Under the pieces are notes generated by a model. That model ran no database searches and was not told the DNA's origin. It was given only the letters and a program-made list of their open reading frames with translations. This document shows positions 16,392-26,813 of a DNA stretch of 27,766 bases, one piece after another (the first letter of the stretch is position 1; each line of letters begins with the position of its first letter). The stretch is from Nitrospirota bacterium (lineage in GTDB: Bacteria > Nitrospirota > Thermodesulfovibrionia > Thermodesulfovibrionales > SM23-35): the NCBI GenBank assembly GCA_014859105.1, contig JACUUX010000038.1:1-27766 (forward strand), given 5' to 3'. The translations under genes were made by a program, and so were the position numbers.

Positions 16392-16946
16392 ATGAAGAAG
16401 AACGGGAACTGGGTTTCGGAATCAAAAAGAGAACATAAAAGAATCTATTCAGAACTTGATGCACTGCTCAGGTCGCTCGACAGGTTTTTTTATGCAGAAA
16501 ATCTCCTCATATCCCATGAAGACCTTACAATAAAAAATTTTCATGATGAACTTATTGCAGTGAGGGATGTCATTTTCAGAATCCTCGGCTTACTCGAGGT
16601 TATTATCCCTGAGAGTAAAAAGAATGCATACTTGTTTCAGAAATTTACCGAAACAAAATTCCTAAATGATTATACAAGAGACCTTTTTAAAGAAGGTTTG
16701 TACAGACAGGATACTCCCGGGAAAAGTTTATATCTACTTTATGATGCCTTTATAAACCTTAAAGGTATTGTTACCGACCTTCTCAGGTCTAAAAAAATAT
16801 CATATCTCGGCTATAAAAATATAGGTCAACTTATAAGCAAAGAGATAAGAGAAAACATTTATTTTAATCCCTTCAGAACGGATATCAATCCTGAATTTGA
16901 CATAATCGAAAATCCTCAAATATCAGAAATTGTAAAATCGATATAA
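16392..16946 (+). CDS. Hypothetical protein, no recognisable domain
   Basis: 184 aa ORF whose ATG abuts the lpd stop (TAAATG), implying translational coupling. Predicted all-alpha and basic N-terminus. No motif I can assign. Confidence 0.5.
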   Translation: MKKNGNWVSESKREHKRIYSELDALLRSLDRFFYAENLLISHEDLTIKNFHDELIAVRDVIFRILGLLEVIIPESKKNAYLFQKFTETKFLNDYTRDLFKEGLYRQDTPGKSLYLLYDAFINLKGIVTDLLRSKKISYLGYKNIGQLISKEIRENIYFNPFRTDINPEFDIIENPQISEIVKSI

Positions 16947-17076
16947 AGATAAGGAAATAAAAAGATATATTTCCGTGATATATATTTATCTCTTCAGGTT
17001 TTTAAGGTACTTAAGTCACATTGACATTACATCACAGCATTCTGTTGTCCTTAACTCAGCCTTATCAATTCTCATT

Positions 17077-17748
17077 ATGCTCGGCTCAGAAATAAATATG
17101 TTCCATAATTATATGAAAAGGGCAAGTAAATCAATAAAAGAAGAAAAATTGAAAAACCTTCTGAAATTTATTTCTTATCAATTTTCTATGGAGATAAAGA
17201 GGGTGTATCTCCAGGAATTGAAAGATATAATGCGAAAAAAGGCCCCGCAGCATTTCAGAGGAAAAATAGAAAACAGCTATGGCATTATGAAAAATCTTAT
17301 AGAGCAGAGCATAGTTCAACTCGTACAGTATTTTAACCCTGAAGTTCAGGGTAAAGATATTTTCGACAGCTTTACCACGAGGCTCCATCAATCATTAAAG
17401 TTACGGGAAGATATTTCTGTCCTCCGTATGTTCCTTACACTCCTTGAAGACAAAGCAAATTCACCAGAAGAAAGCACAAATGTTCTTAAATCCTTGAAAA
17501 ATTTTATGCATTATTTTGAAAGTTTCACTTTTAAATTATTAAGATATGATGACTATGATGAATTTTCTGCCTTTTGTAATTATTTTAATTCAGTTAAAGA
17601 ATCAGATATCCAGAAAATCCTTGAAAAAATTCATAATTTTAAGATATTTTTAGATACAACACTTCAACACATGGAAAACAGGGCTGAAATTGCAGACAAG
17701 CCCATAGATAGAGAAAGAACTGAAGAGCTTTTTAAAAAATATTTATAG
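17077..17748 (+). CDS. Hypothetical protein, no recognisable domain (start uncertain)
   Basis: The ORF is open from 16975, but the first approximately 35 codons are low-complexity. In-frame ATGs lie at 17077, 17098 and 17113, none with a good SD. Helical, K/E-rich, with no catalytic motif seen. Confidence 0.45.
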   Translation: MLGSEINMFHNYMKRASKSIKEEKLKNLLKFISYQFSMEIKRVYLQELKDIMRKKAPQHFRGKIENSYGIMKNLIEQSIVQLVQYFNPEVQGKDIFDSFTTRLHQSLKLREDISVLRMFLTLLEDKANSPEESTNVLKSLKNFMHYFESFTFKLLRYDDYDEFSAFCNYFNSVKESDIQKILEKIHNFKIFLDTTLQHMENRAEIADKPIDRERTEELFKKYL

Positions 17749-19034
<1,286 letters not shown>

Positions 19035-19035
<1 letters not shown>

Positions 19036-19361
19036 TGGGTACATCATCGAATCTTTTAAGAAAACAGGTAATATCGGAGATTAGAAAAAGAAGGCTCGTG
19101 CTCTTTACTTTTATCCTTCTGAGTTTCATTTATGTTTCCATAAGCTTGATATTCGGAGACATGGGTTTCCTCAGGCACAGGGAGTTGCATAAAACAAAAA
19201 TTAACCTTGAAAAACAGATAAAAGAGATTGAGAATGAAAATGAGCAGTTAAAAACACAGATTAACTCGCTAGAAGAAGATCCTTTTTATATGGAAAAACA
19301 TGCGAGAGAGGATTTCGGATTAGCCAAGCCTGACGAATATATCTTCCTTTATGACAGATAG
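19035..19361 (+). CDS. ftsB: Septum formation initiator family protein (FtsB/DivIC-like)
   Basis: 108 aa with an N-terminal TM helix, then a coiled-coil (LEKQIKEIENENEQLKTQINSLEEDPFYMEKHARE). The position directly after eno is conserved for ftsB. Confidence 0.75.
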
Positions 19362-21525
19362 GCCTCTTTATATATCATTCCTCTGGCACATGCACCAGCC
19401 TTATTACAAAGATCCGTTTACAGGTGTTTACCGGTTACCATGGGTAAGACTTCATGGTACAAAAGATTACCTCGACATGGTTGAGATCCTTGCCGAATTT
19501 CCTGGGATAAAACAGACATTCAATTTTACCCCCTCTTTACTGGATCAGCTTTTAGATTATACAGAAAACAATGCAAAAGACCACTTTTTAGAGTTAACTC
19601 TTAAAAAGGCATCCGAACTTAATATCCAGGAGCGACAGTTGTTAATCGAGAATTTCTTTCTTGCAAACTGGAATAATATGATAAAACCGTTTCCAAGATA
19701 CTATGAACTTCTCAAGAAGAGAGGATTACATCTCGTTCAAAGCGAGCTTATGAAAGTTGCAAAATATTTCAATGATAGCGATTTTCTTGATTTACAGGTA
19801 CTCTTTAATCTCTGCTGGATAGACCCCTTGTTCAGAGAGAAGGACCCTTTCCTTTCAATGCTTGTTGATAAAGGCAGGGACTTTACAGAAGAGGAAAAAA
19901 ATTTATTGATTTCAAAGCAACTTTCTATTATGAAACAAATAATCCCGCGGTATCGTGAAATAGCAGAAAAAGGTCAGATCGAACTTTCTGTTTCACCATA
20001 TTATCACCCCATCCTTCCCTTACTTTGTGATACAAACATAGCGAAGGTCTCCATGCCTGATATTAAACTCCCTCAAAAAAGATTCTCATATCCTGAAGAT
20101 GCAGAAACCCAGATCAAAATGGGTCTTGATTATTTTGAAAAGATATTCGGATATAGACCAGTTGGCATGTGGCCTTCGGAGGGATCTGTAAGTGAAGACG
20201 TCTTGAGAATTGTCTCAAAAGAAGGTATTAAATGGGTCGGCACTGATGAAGATGTCCTTTCTGTTTCATCAGGTGAACAAATCAGAGACTCCTCAAGAGA
20301 TATTATCGAGCCATCTGTTTTATACAAACCTTATATTTTTGAAAATGTCTCGATTATTTTCCGGGATCATATTCTTTCTGATCTTATCGGGTTTGAATAT
20401 TCAAATTGGGATGCTAAAAAGTCAGCCGAAGACCTTATAAACAGGCTTTTAAAAATCCGTGAAGTTATAGCGGAAGATATGCCTCATCTCGTATCCCTGA
20501 TACTCGATGGAGAAAATGCATGGGAATACTATAAAAATGATGGGAATGACTTTATAAGGTATCTCTACGAAGGACTATCCAGAGAGAAAAGATTAAAGAC
20601 TGTCACTGTTACAGAATATCTTACAGAATTTGATAAAGGGAAACCCTTAACAAGACTTCATCCGGGTTCCTGGATTAACTCAAATTTCAGTGTATGGATT
20701 GGACACGAAGAAGACAACACAGCCTGGGATTATCTGAAAGAGACAAGAGAAGAACTCGAATTATTCCAGAAAATGAGTCCGGAGAAAGACCTTTACGAAG
20801 CATGGAAGGCTATCTACATAGCAGAGGGAAGTGACTGGAACTGGTGGTACGGGGATGAACATACTACTGAAAACCAGAAGGACTTTGATGAACTTTTCAG
20901 ATTAAACCTCATGAAAGTCTATAAAGAGACCGGAAAGGATGTCCCCCGTCATTTGCTTATCCCTGTGCTGAGAGAAGACAGAAGCGTTTCCCCTACAGTT
21001 ACGATAAGAGGTTTTATAGAACCAGAAATCGATGGCGTTGTTACAAGCTACTACGAATGGTATCAGGGTGCATATATAGATATCAAGAAATTCGGCGGAA
21101 GTATGCATAAGGCAGAAAGTATTTTATCAGGTCTATATTATGGCTTTAATAAGGATGAACTCTTTCTGAGATTAGATCCTTTGATACCTTTCGGTGAAAT
21201 AAAGAATGATATAATTTTTTGTATTAATCTAATAAAGCCTTCCCTGCTGAAGGTTATAATTTCTATAAGGCCATCTGTAAAAGCAGAACTTCTCATTAAG
21301 GATACTTCCGGGTGGAAAAAACTAAAGGATATTAATGATGTAGCTATTAAGGATATTTTTGAAATAGCGATGCCATTCAGAGATTTACAGGTTAAGGAAA
21401 AAGATGAAATATACCTGAATGTATCTATTATCAAAAATGGTGAAGAAATCGAGAAGTGCCCTTGCAGGGGATACGTCTCAATAACTGTACCCACACCCGA
21501 TTTCGAGGCCATGATGTGGTATTGA
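19351..21525 (+). CDS. Glycoside hydrolase family 57 protein (alpha-glucan branching/processing enzyme-like) with long C-terminal extension
   Basis: 724 aa. The N-terminal FLWHMHQPYY hallmark of GH57, then the catalytic region (DGENAWEY, EGSDWNWWYGDEH). About 200 residues beyond typical GH57 branching enzymes. Confidence 0.75.
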   Translation: MTDRPLYISFLWHMHQPYYKDPFTGVYRLPWVRLHGTKDYLDMVEILAEFPGIKQTFNFTPSLLDQLLDYTENNAKDHFLELTLKKASELNIQERQLLIENFFLANWNNMIKPFPRYYELLKKRGLHLVQSELMKVAKYFNDSDFLDLQVLFNLCWIDPLFREKDPFLSMLVDKGRDFTEEEKNLLISKQLSIMKQIIPRYREIAEKGQIELSVSPYYHPILPLLCDTNIAKVSMPDIKLPQKRFSYPEDAETQIKMGLDYFEKIFGYRPVGMWPSEGSVSEDVLRIVSKEGIKWVGTDEDVLSVSSGEQIRDSSRDIIEPSVLYKPYIFENVSIIFRDHILSDLIGFEYSNWDAKKSAEDLINRLLKIREVIAEDMPHLVSLILDGENAWEYYKNDGNDFIRYLYEGLSREKRLKTVTVTEYLTEFDKGKPLTRLHPGSWINSNFSVWIGHEEDNTAWDYLKETREELELFQKMSPEKDLYEAWKAIYIAEGSDWNWWYGDEHTTENQKDFDELFRLNLMKVYKETGKDVPRHLLIPVLREDRSVSPTVTIRGFIEPEIDGVVTSYYEWYQGAYIDIKKFGGSMHKAESILSGLYYGFNKDELFLRLDPLIPFGEIKNDIIFCINLIKPSLLKVIISIRPSVKAELLIKDTSGWKKLKDINDVAIKDIFEIAMPFRDLQVKEKDEIYLNVSIIKNGEEIEKCPCRGYVSITVPTPDFEAMMWY

Positions 21526-21535
21526 CCAAGACCCT

Positions 21536-21818
21536 TTTAATTCATAGCGAACTCTGTTCCAATAGTTGATTCATTAGGTTGTCATTCCCGCTTGTCGGGA
21601 ATCCTTCTGTTAACAAAGAAAGATTCTGGACAAGCCAGAATGACAGAATTAAAAATCTTAAACAACTTTTAAGATCTTTGATGATTAATAGCATAGCGAA
21701 AGGTTGCGGCTATCTATAAACCTTACATAATTTGCTCCGAAAATGTCATTCCGAGCGAAGCGAGGAATCTTGTCTTTGAGATTGCTTCAGGCTAAAGCCC
21801 TCGCAATGACATTTTTAT
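21536..21818. repeat. Family-A mosaic repeat, copy 2 (reverse orientation)
   Basis: 21538-21580 is the reverse complement of module M3 (aattcatagcgaactctgttccaat). 21581-21610 is M2rc (gtcattcccgcttgtcgggaatcc). 21612-21650 is M1rc (agattctggacaagccagaatgacagaatt). 21651-21695 is M5rc (cttaaacaacttttaagatctttgatgattaatagc). 21738-21815 is M4 (tgtcattccgagcgaagcgaggaatctt ... ccctcgcaatgaca). Confidence 0.8.
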
Positions 21819-21864
21819 CTTCCTTTATGTCGTATATTCGGCATGAAGGTTTAGTTTAAATTAG

Positions 21865-22308
21865 ATGAAAGCTTTAATCCAGCGAGTTTCGAATGCAAAA
21901 GTAGAAATACAAGATAAAATTTTCTCGGAGATCGGTAAGGGTATGCTCATATTTATCGGTGTTGAAAAAGGTGATACAGAAAAAGATCTTGAATATCTGG
22001 TGAAAAAAGCAGTAAACCTCAGGATATTCGAGGATTCCAATAAAAAAATGAATCTTCCGGTTCAGGAAATTAAAGGTGACATCCTTGTTGTATCTCAATT
22101 TACATTATCTGCTGATTGTAAAAAGGGAAACCGGCCCTCTTTTGATAATGCTGAAGAACCTTTAAGGGCTAAAGAGATGTATCTGAAATTCATTCAAAGA
22201 TTGAAAGAAAACGGACTTGCGGTGGCCACAGGAGATTTTGCATCCTATATGCAGATTTATCTTGTTAATGACGGCCCTGTTACTATAATGCTGGATTCAA
22301 AAAAATAA
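21865..22308 (+). CDS. dtd: D-aminoacyl-tRNA deacylase
   Basis: 147 aa. MKALIQRV ... [17 protein letters not shown] ... NDGPVT, near-identical in pattern to canonical Dtd. Confidence 0.9.
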   Translation: MKALIQRVSNAKVEIQDKIFSEIGKGMLIFIGVEKGDTEKDLEYLVKKAVNLRIFEDSNKKMNLPVQEIKGDILVVSQFTLSADCKKGNRPSFDNAEEPLRAKEMYLKFIQRLKENGLAVATGDFASYMQIYLVNDGPVTIMLDSKK

Positions 22309-22317
22309 ACTTTTCTC

Positions 22318-23766
22318 TCATTTCTTCCAGAAGTGTGGCATAAATAGAATTAAGACTGTATAGATCTCAAGCCTTCCTGTGATCATACAGAATATAAGTA
22401 TCCATTTCCCGATAAGTGGGATCGATGCATAATTCTCAGTAGGTCCCGCCACACCAAAAGCAGGCCCTACATTTGACATTGCAGATATAACGGTTGTCGA
22501 CGATGTAATAATATCCATTCCTGTTGCTGCCATCCCGATTGTCGCAACAGCGCATATTCCGAGAAACAGAAAAATCAGCCCCCAGATGCTTCCCAGAATT
22601 TCTTTATCGAGAAATTTGTCGTCAAGTTTGACAGCAGTTACAGCCCGTGGGTGAATAAGCTGATAAATCTCTCTGTAACCCTGTTTTATCATTAGAAGAA
22701 TCCTGACCTGTTTAATACCTCCGCCCGTCGAACCTATCATTCCTCCAAAAAACATTAATAATATCAGTATTACCTGTGCCAGGGGAACCCACTTTTCATA
22801 ATCTGCAGTAACATATCCTGTTGTTGTCATAATTGATACTGTCTGAAAAAGAGAATATCTGAATGATTCAATAAGAGACGTGTATGAGGACATCCATAAA
22901 TACACCGTTACAAGTAAGGTAGCAATTGTTGTTATAGCGAGATAAAACCTGAATTCGTTGCTTCTCCATAATTTCGAAAACTTTCCTTTGAAAACATAAA
23001 AATAAAGCGAATAATTTATCCCGGCAAGGAACATAAACAGGCTTGTTATGTATTCAATGGAATGGCTTTTAAAGTGTGCTATACTCTCATTTTTCGTTGA
23101 AAAGCCACCTGTTGCCATAGTAGTGAATGAATGGCAAACAGCATCATATACACTCATTCCTGCAGTATATAGAAGAATAGCATCTGTGGCAGTAAGAGTA
23201 ACGTAGATAATCCATAATGCCTTGGCTGTATCAATAATTCTCGGCCTGAGTTTATCGACACTGATCTCCGGTACTTCTGCTTTGAAAAGCTGCATCCCCC
23301 CGGTTCCCAGGAGAGGAAGGATTGCCAGAGCAAAAACGATAATCCCCATGCCTCCAATCCATTGTGTCATGCTCCTCCAGAAAAGAACACCTTTCGGCAC
23401 AGCCTCTATATTCGTCAAAACAGAAGCGCCTGTTGTTGTAAAACCGGACATTGACTCAAAATATGCATCTGTAAAAGAATTGAAAGTGCCGGTTAAAAGA
23501 AACAGGACAGATCCAAAAAAAGACATTATGACCCATGTTAAAGTCACAATAATGAAGGCTTCCCTGTGTCTGATATCCTCTCTTTTATGTCCTTTAGTGA
23601 AAAGATAAAGAACAGACCCGGAAATTGACGTTATACCAAATGAAGCAATAAGAGGTATAGTATCAGTCTGTCCATAAATAACAGAAACAGCAACAGGAAA
23701 TATCATAAAAAAAGATATAAATATCAGGATAACGCCTATAAAATACAGGATTAATCTTGTGTTCAT
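22318..23766 (-). CDS. trkH: TrkH/KtrB-family potassium uptake membrane protein
   Basis: 482 aa polytopic membrane protein with repeated selectivity-filter-like TTGF/TTGY segments (GFTTTGASV, TGGFSTKN, MTTTGYVTADY, GSTGGG). Confidence 0.85.
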   Translation of the reverse strand: MNTRLILYFIGVILIFISFFMIFPVAVSVIYGQTDTIPLIASFGITSISGSVLYLFTKGHKREDIRHREAFIIVTLTWVIMSFFGSVLFLLTGTFNSFTDAYFESMSGFTTTGASVLTNIEAVPKGVLFWRSMTQWIGGMGIIVFALAILPLLGTGGMQLFKAEVPEISVDKLRPRIIDTAKALWIIYVTLTATDAILLYTAGMSVYDAVCHSFTTMATGGFSTKNESIAHFKSHSIEYITSLFMFLAGINYSLYFYVFKGKFSKLWRSNEFRFYLAITTIATLLVTVYLWMSSYTSLIESFRYSLFQTVSIMTTTGYVTADYEKWVPLAQVILILLMFFGGMIGSTGGGIKQVRILLMIKQGYREIYQLIHPRAVTAVKLDDKFLDKEILGSIWGLIFLFLGICAVATIGMAATGMDIITSSTTVISAMSNVGPAFGVAGPTENYASIPLIGKWILIFCMITGRLEIYTVLILFMPHFWKK

Positions 23767-23794
23767 ATTTAGTGTCTGTTTATAAATTGCTATT

Positions 23795-23885
23795 CAAATA
23801 GTCCGTCACTCCCCGACTTGATCGGGGAATCCGGTATTTTCAATAGGTTCTGGATTGTCCGTTCAAGCCGGACAATGACAGAAGA
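23795..23885. repeat. Family-A repeat, short copy in trkH-trkA spacer
   Basis: cactccccgacttgatcggggaatcc (M2-like hairpin) and gattgtccgttcaagccggacaatgacag (M1-like hairpin). Confidence 0.6.
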
Positions 23886-23921
23886 CTACTTTATGGACAG
23901 ACTGTATTTAAGGTATAAACA

Positions 23922-25259
23922 TCACATGAGGAGTTTCTCTACTTCTTTGATCGATTCCCGAAGTGTAAAGATTATTAATTTATCACCTTCTATAACCCTG
24001 TCGGAACCCGAGGGGATTATTACTTCTTCTCCTCTGATAATAGCTCCTATTATTGATGCTTTTAAATGTGCCTGATCCAGTGTCTTTCCTATGAGTGGTG
24101 AAGTCTTGCCAATTCTCCCCTCGATAATCTCAGCTTTTGCTTCAGCTATAGCCGTTAAGGAAAGTATATCACCCCTCCTGACATATCTCAGGATTGTACT
24201 TGCAGTAATAAGCCTTGGACTGAGAACTGCCTGAAGGCCAAGGCTATGCGCTAGCATCATATAGTCAGTTTTATTTACTACAGCTATATTTTTCTTTGCA
24301 CCCAATTTTTTTGCAAGCAGGGATACCATGATATTTAATTCATCACTGTTTGAAACAGCTATAAAAGCATCCATGTCTCCTATGTTTTCTTCCATGAGCA
24401 TTTTTTGTTCCGTTCCGTCTGCATGAAGTACAAGAGAATTTTTCAGATTTTTGCTGAGGTACTTACACCTGTCGGCATCTTTCTCTATGATTTTCACATC
24501 CGCTCTCTGCTCTATTGAAGAAGCAACATAGTAACCGGTACGGCCTCCACCGAGCAGCATCACCTTCTTTGCGGGTTTTGTAGTCACCCCGATGAGGGCT
24601 AAAATATCCTGAACTTCCTTCTTCCTGACCGGTATATAGATGATATCCCCTGCTTTCAGGGAATCGGTTCCTGAAGGAATGATTGTTTTGTCATCTCTCA
24701 ATATTAAAGCGATAAGTATCTTTCTATGGAGTGTCACACTGAGTTTTTGTAATGTCTTGCCTGATAACAGAGAGCCCTCGATTATCTTTAAACCTATTAC
24801 TTTTACAAGTCCTCCTTCAAACTCTTCAATATCTGTTGCCAGAGGTACCTCTAACAACCTTATAACTGCTTTTGCAAGCTCAAGTTCTGGGTTAATGGCA
24901 GGGTCGATATCAAGATTCTCCCTGCTCAGGAGTTTTTCGTTATTAAAGTATTCAGGATTTCTTATGCGGGCAATCTTCCTGGGTATCCCAAACATTGCCT
25001 TTGCGAGCAGACAGGCTATCATATTGATTTCATCTTTATCGGTAACAGCCAGAAGGATATCTGCCCTGTCAGCTTCTGCTTCCCTGAGTGTGGATGGATC
25101 ACCCCCCTCCCCTTCAACTACGGCTACGTCTATCTCTTCAACAATCCGCTTCAGTTTACTCCGATCCTTGTCTATCACTACTACGTCTATGGACTCGAGT
25201 GAAAGAAATTTTGCTATCTGGTATCCAACCTCACCAGCTCCTACTATTATTATACGCAT
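23922..25259 (-). CDS. trkA: Trk system potassium uptake protein TrkA (tandem RCK/NAD-binding domains)
   Basis: 445 aa. MRIIIVGAGEVG at the N-terminus and a second Rossmann motif VMLLGGGRTGYYVA. The EGEGGDP segment is encoded by a short GC-rich run (25095-25112). Confidence 0.9.
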   Translation of the reverse strand: MRIIIVGAGEVGYQIAKFLSLESIDVVVIDKDRSKLKRIVEEIDVAVVEGEGGDPSTLREAEADRADILLAVTDKDEINMIACLLAKAMFGIPRKIARIRNPEYFNNEKLLSRENLDIDPAINPELELAKAVIRLLEVPLATDIEEFEGGLVKVIGLKIIEGSLLSGKTLQKLSVTLHRKILIALILRDDKTIIPSGTDSLKAGDIIYIPVRKKEVQDILALIGVTTKPAKKVMLLGGGRTGYYVASSIEQRADVKIIEKDADRCKYLSKNLKNSLVLHADGTEQKMLMEENIGDMDAFIAVSNSDELNIMVSLLAKKLGAKKNIAVVNKTDYMMLAHSLGLQAVLSPRLITASTILRYVRRGDILSLTAIAEAKAEIIEGRIGKTSPLIGKTLDQAHLKASIIGAIIRGEEVIIPSGSDRVIEGDKLIIFTLRESIKEVEKLLM

Positions 25260-25284
25260 GGCAAATTATATCATAACCGGGTTA

Positions 25285-25686
25285 AACATCAGCAATTCTT
25301 TGCGAAGAAGAGACAAGATTCCTCAGTCGTCCCGACAGTTGCCGGAACTCCTTCGGAATGACAAAATGAGCCTTCTTCATTGTCATTCCGAGCGAAGCGA
25401 GGAATCTTAAAGCTTTACAAATTAACCGAGAATTGCTGATTAATCATTTGATATCTTGTGAATTATGCAAGACAATAGTTAAAATTTTAAATATGCTATT
25501 AATCTTTAAATATCTTAAGGGTCGTTCAATATCTTCAATTCTGTCATTCTGGCTTGTCCAGAATCTTTCTTCGAACAACCCCCTAACCCCCTTTACTAAG
25601 GGGGATTCAGAAGGATTCCCGATCCGCCTTAGGCGGAGGAATGACGGCTTAACTTATCAAGCATTGGAACGGAGTTCGCTATGAAT
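25285..25686. repeat. Family-A mosaic repeat, copy 3 (M4-M5-M1-M2-M3)
   Basis: 25288-25440 is M4 (atcagcaattc ... tgtcattccgagcgaagcgaggaatctt ... gagaattgctgat). 25495-25537 is M5. 25538-25570 is M1 (aattctgtcattctggcttgtccagaatc). 25578-25645 is M2. 25646-25686 is M3, ending cattggaacggagttcgctATGAAT, and that ATG is the midA-like start. Confidence 0.8.
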
Positions 25687-26799
25687 TCCCTCGAGCAAAA
25701 GATTATTGAAAAAATAAAAAAACAAGGCCCTATTACTTTTAAAACCTTTATGGAAATGGCACTTTATGAGCCGGAGCTTGGTTACTATGCATCAGAGAAG
25801 ACAGGGATTGGTAAGACAGGAGATTTCTATACAAGCCAGCATGTCCATCCTGTGTTCGGTACAATGCTTGGAAAACAGCTTGAAGAGATGTGGAAAATTA
25901 TGAAGAAACCCTCTGATTTCCTTATTATTGAACCCGGGGCAGGTGAAGGGTATATGTGCAAGGATATACTGGACTATCTGAAAAAGTGCGAACTGTCAAA
26001 TTCTTTCATATATATCATAATAGAAAAGAATCCTTTTATGAAGGTCAAGCAAAAGTCATTGCTAAATGACTATGAAGACAAAGTGAGGTGGATATACTCA
26101 TTGGAAGAACTCAGCGATATCACTGGATGTATCCTCTCAAATGAATTGCTTGATTCATTTCCTGTACACATGATAGAAATGGAGGATGAATTGAAGGAGA
26201 TTTACGTAGGTTTAAATAATGGAAGCCTGACAGAAATAAAAGGAAATCCAAGCTCAGATGATTTGAAATATTACCTAAAAGAATTTTCCATAAGTCTATC
26301 CGGTGGATACAGGACAGAAATAAACCTGAGGATAAAAGAATGGCTTAAAACTGTCAGCAAAGTAATTTCAGAGGGATTTATTTTCACGATCGATTATGGC
26401 TATCCCGTCTGGGACTACTACAGCGAGGACAGAAACAGGGGAACACTTCTCTGCTATTATAAGCATCAGGTGAATGAGAATCCTTATAAAAATATAGGAG
26501 GGCAGGACATTACAGCCCATATCAATTTCACTTCTGTAAAAAAATGGGGCGAAGAATATGACTTTAAGACAATTGGTTTCTGTCAGCAGGGAATTTTTTT
26601 TGTTTCCCTCGGTATTGATGAAGTAATACAGGAAATATATGAAAATCACAGTGAGTATTTATTTGAGATCGCAAAGATAAAGAAATTAATTCTCCCGGGC
26701 ACTATTGGAGAAACGCATAAGGTAATGATCCAGTATAAAGGCAGAAAAAATTTCGAACTGAGAGGATTTTCGATAAAAAATCAAAAAGATAAATTATAA
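25681..26799 (+). CDS. Class I SAM-dependent methyltransferase, MidA/NDUFAF7 (DUF185) family
   Basis: 372 aa. N-terminal ITFKTFMEMALYEPELGYYAS ... GDFYTS ... FG pattern typical of MidA. GxG in IIEPGAGEGYM. The SD (ggag) and ATG are contributed by repeat module M3. Confidence 0.75.
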   Translation: MNSLEQKIIEKIKKQGPITFKTFMEMALYEPELGYYASEKTGIGKTGDFYTSQHVHPVFGTMLGKQLEEMWKIMKKPSDFLIIEPGAGEGYMCKDILDYLKKCELSNSFIYIIIEKNPFMKVKQKSLLNDYEDKVRWIYSLEELSDITGCILSNELLDSFPVHMIEMEDELKEIYVGLNNGSLTEIKGNPSSDDLKYYLKEFSISLSGGYRTEINLRIKEWLKTVSKVISEGFIFTIDYGYPVWDYYSEDRNRGTLLCYYKHQVNENPYKNIGGQDITAHINFTSVKKWGEEYDFKTIGFCQQGIFFVSLGIDEVIQEIYENHSEYLFEIAKIKKLILPGTIGETHKVMIQYKGRKNFELRGFSIKNQKDKL

Positions 26800-26813
26800 A
26801 TAGATATGGATAA

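Noticed and set aside
24640-25410. 256-aa ORF antisense to trkA
   Set aside because: Serine/leucine-rich low-complexity translation, entirely antisense to a well-conserved TrkA. Typical shadow ORF.
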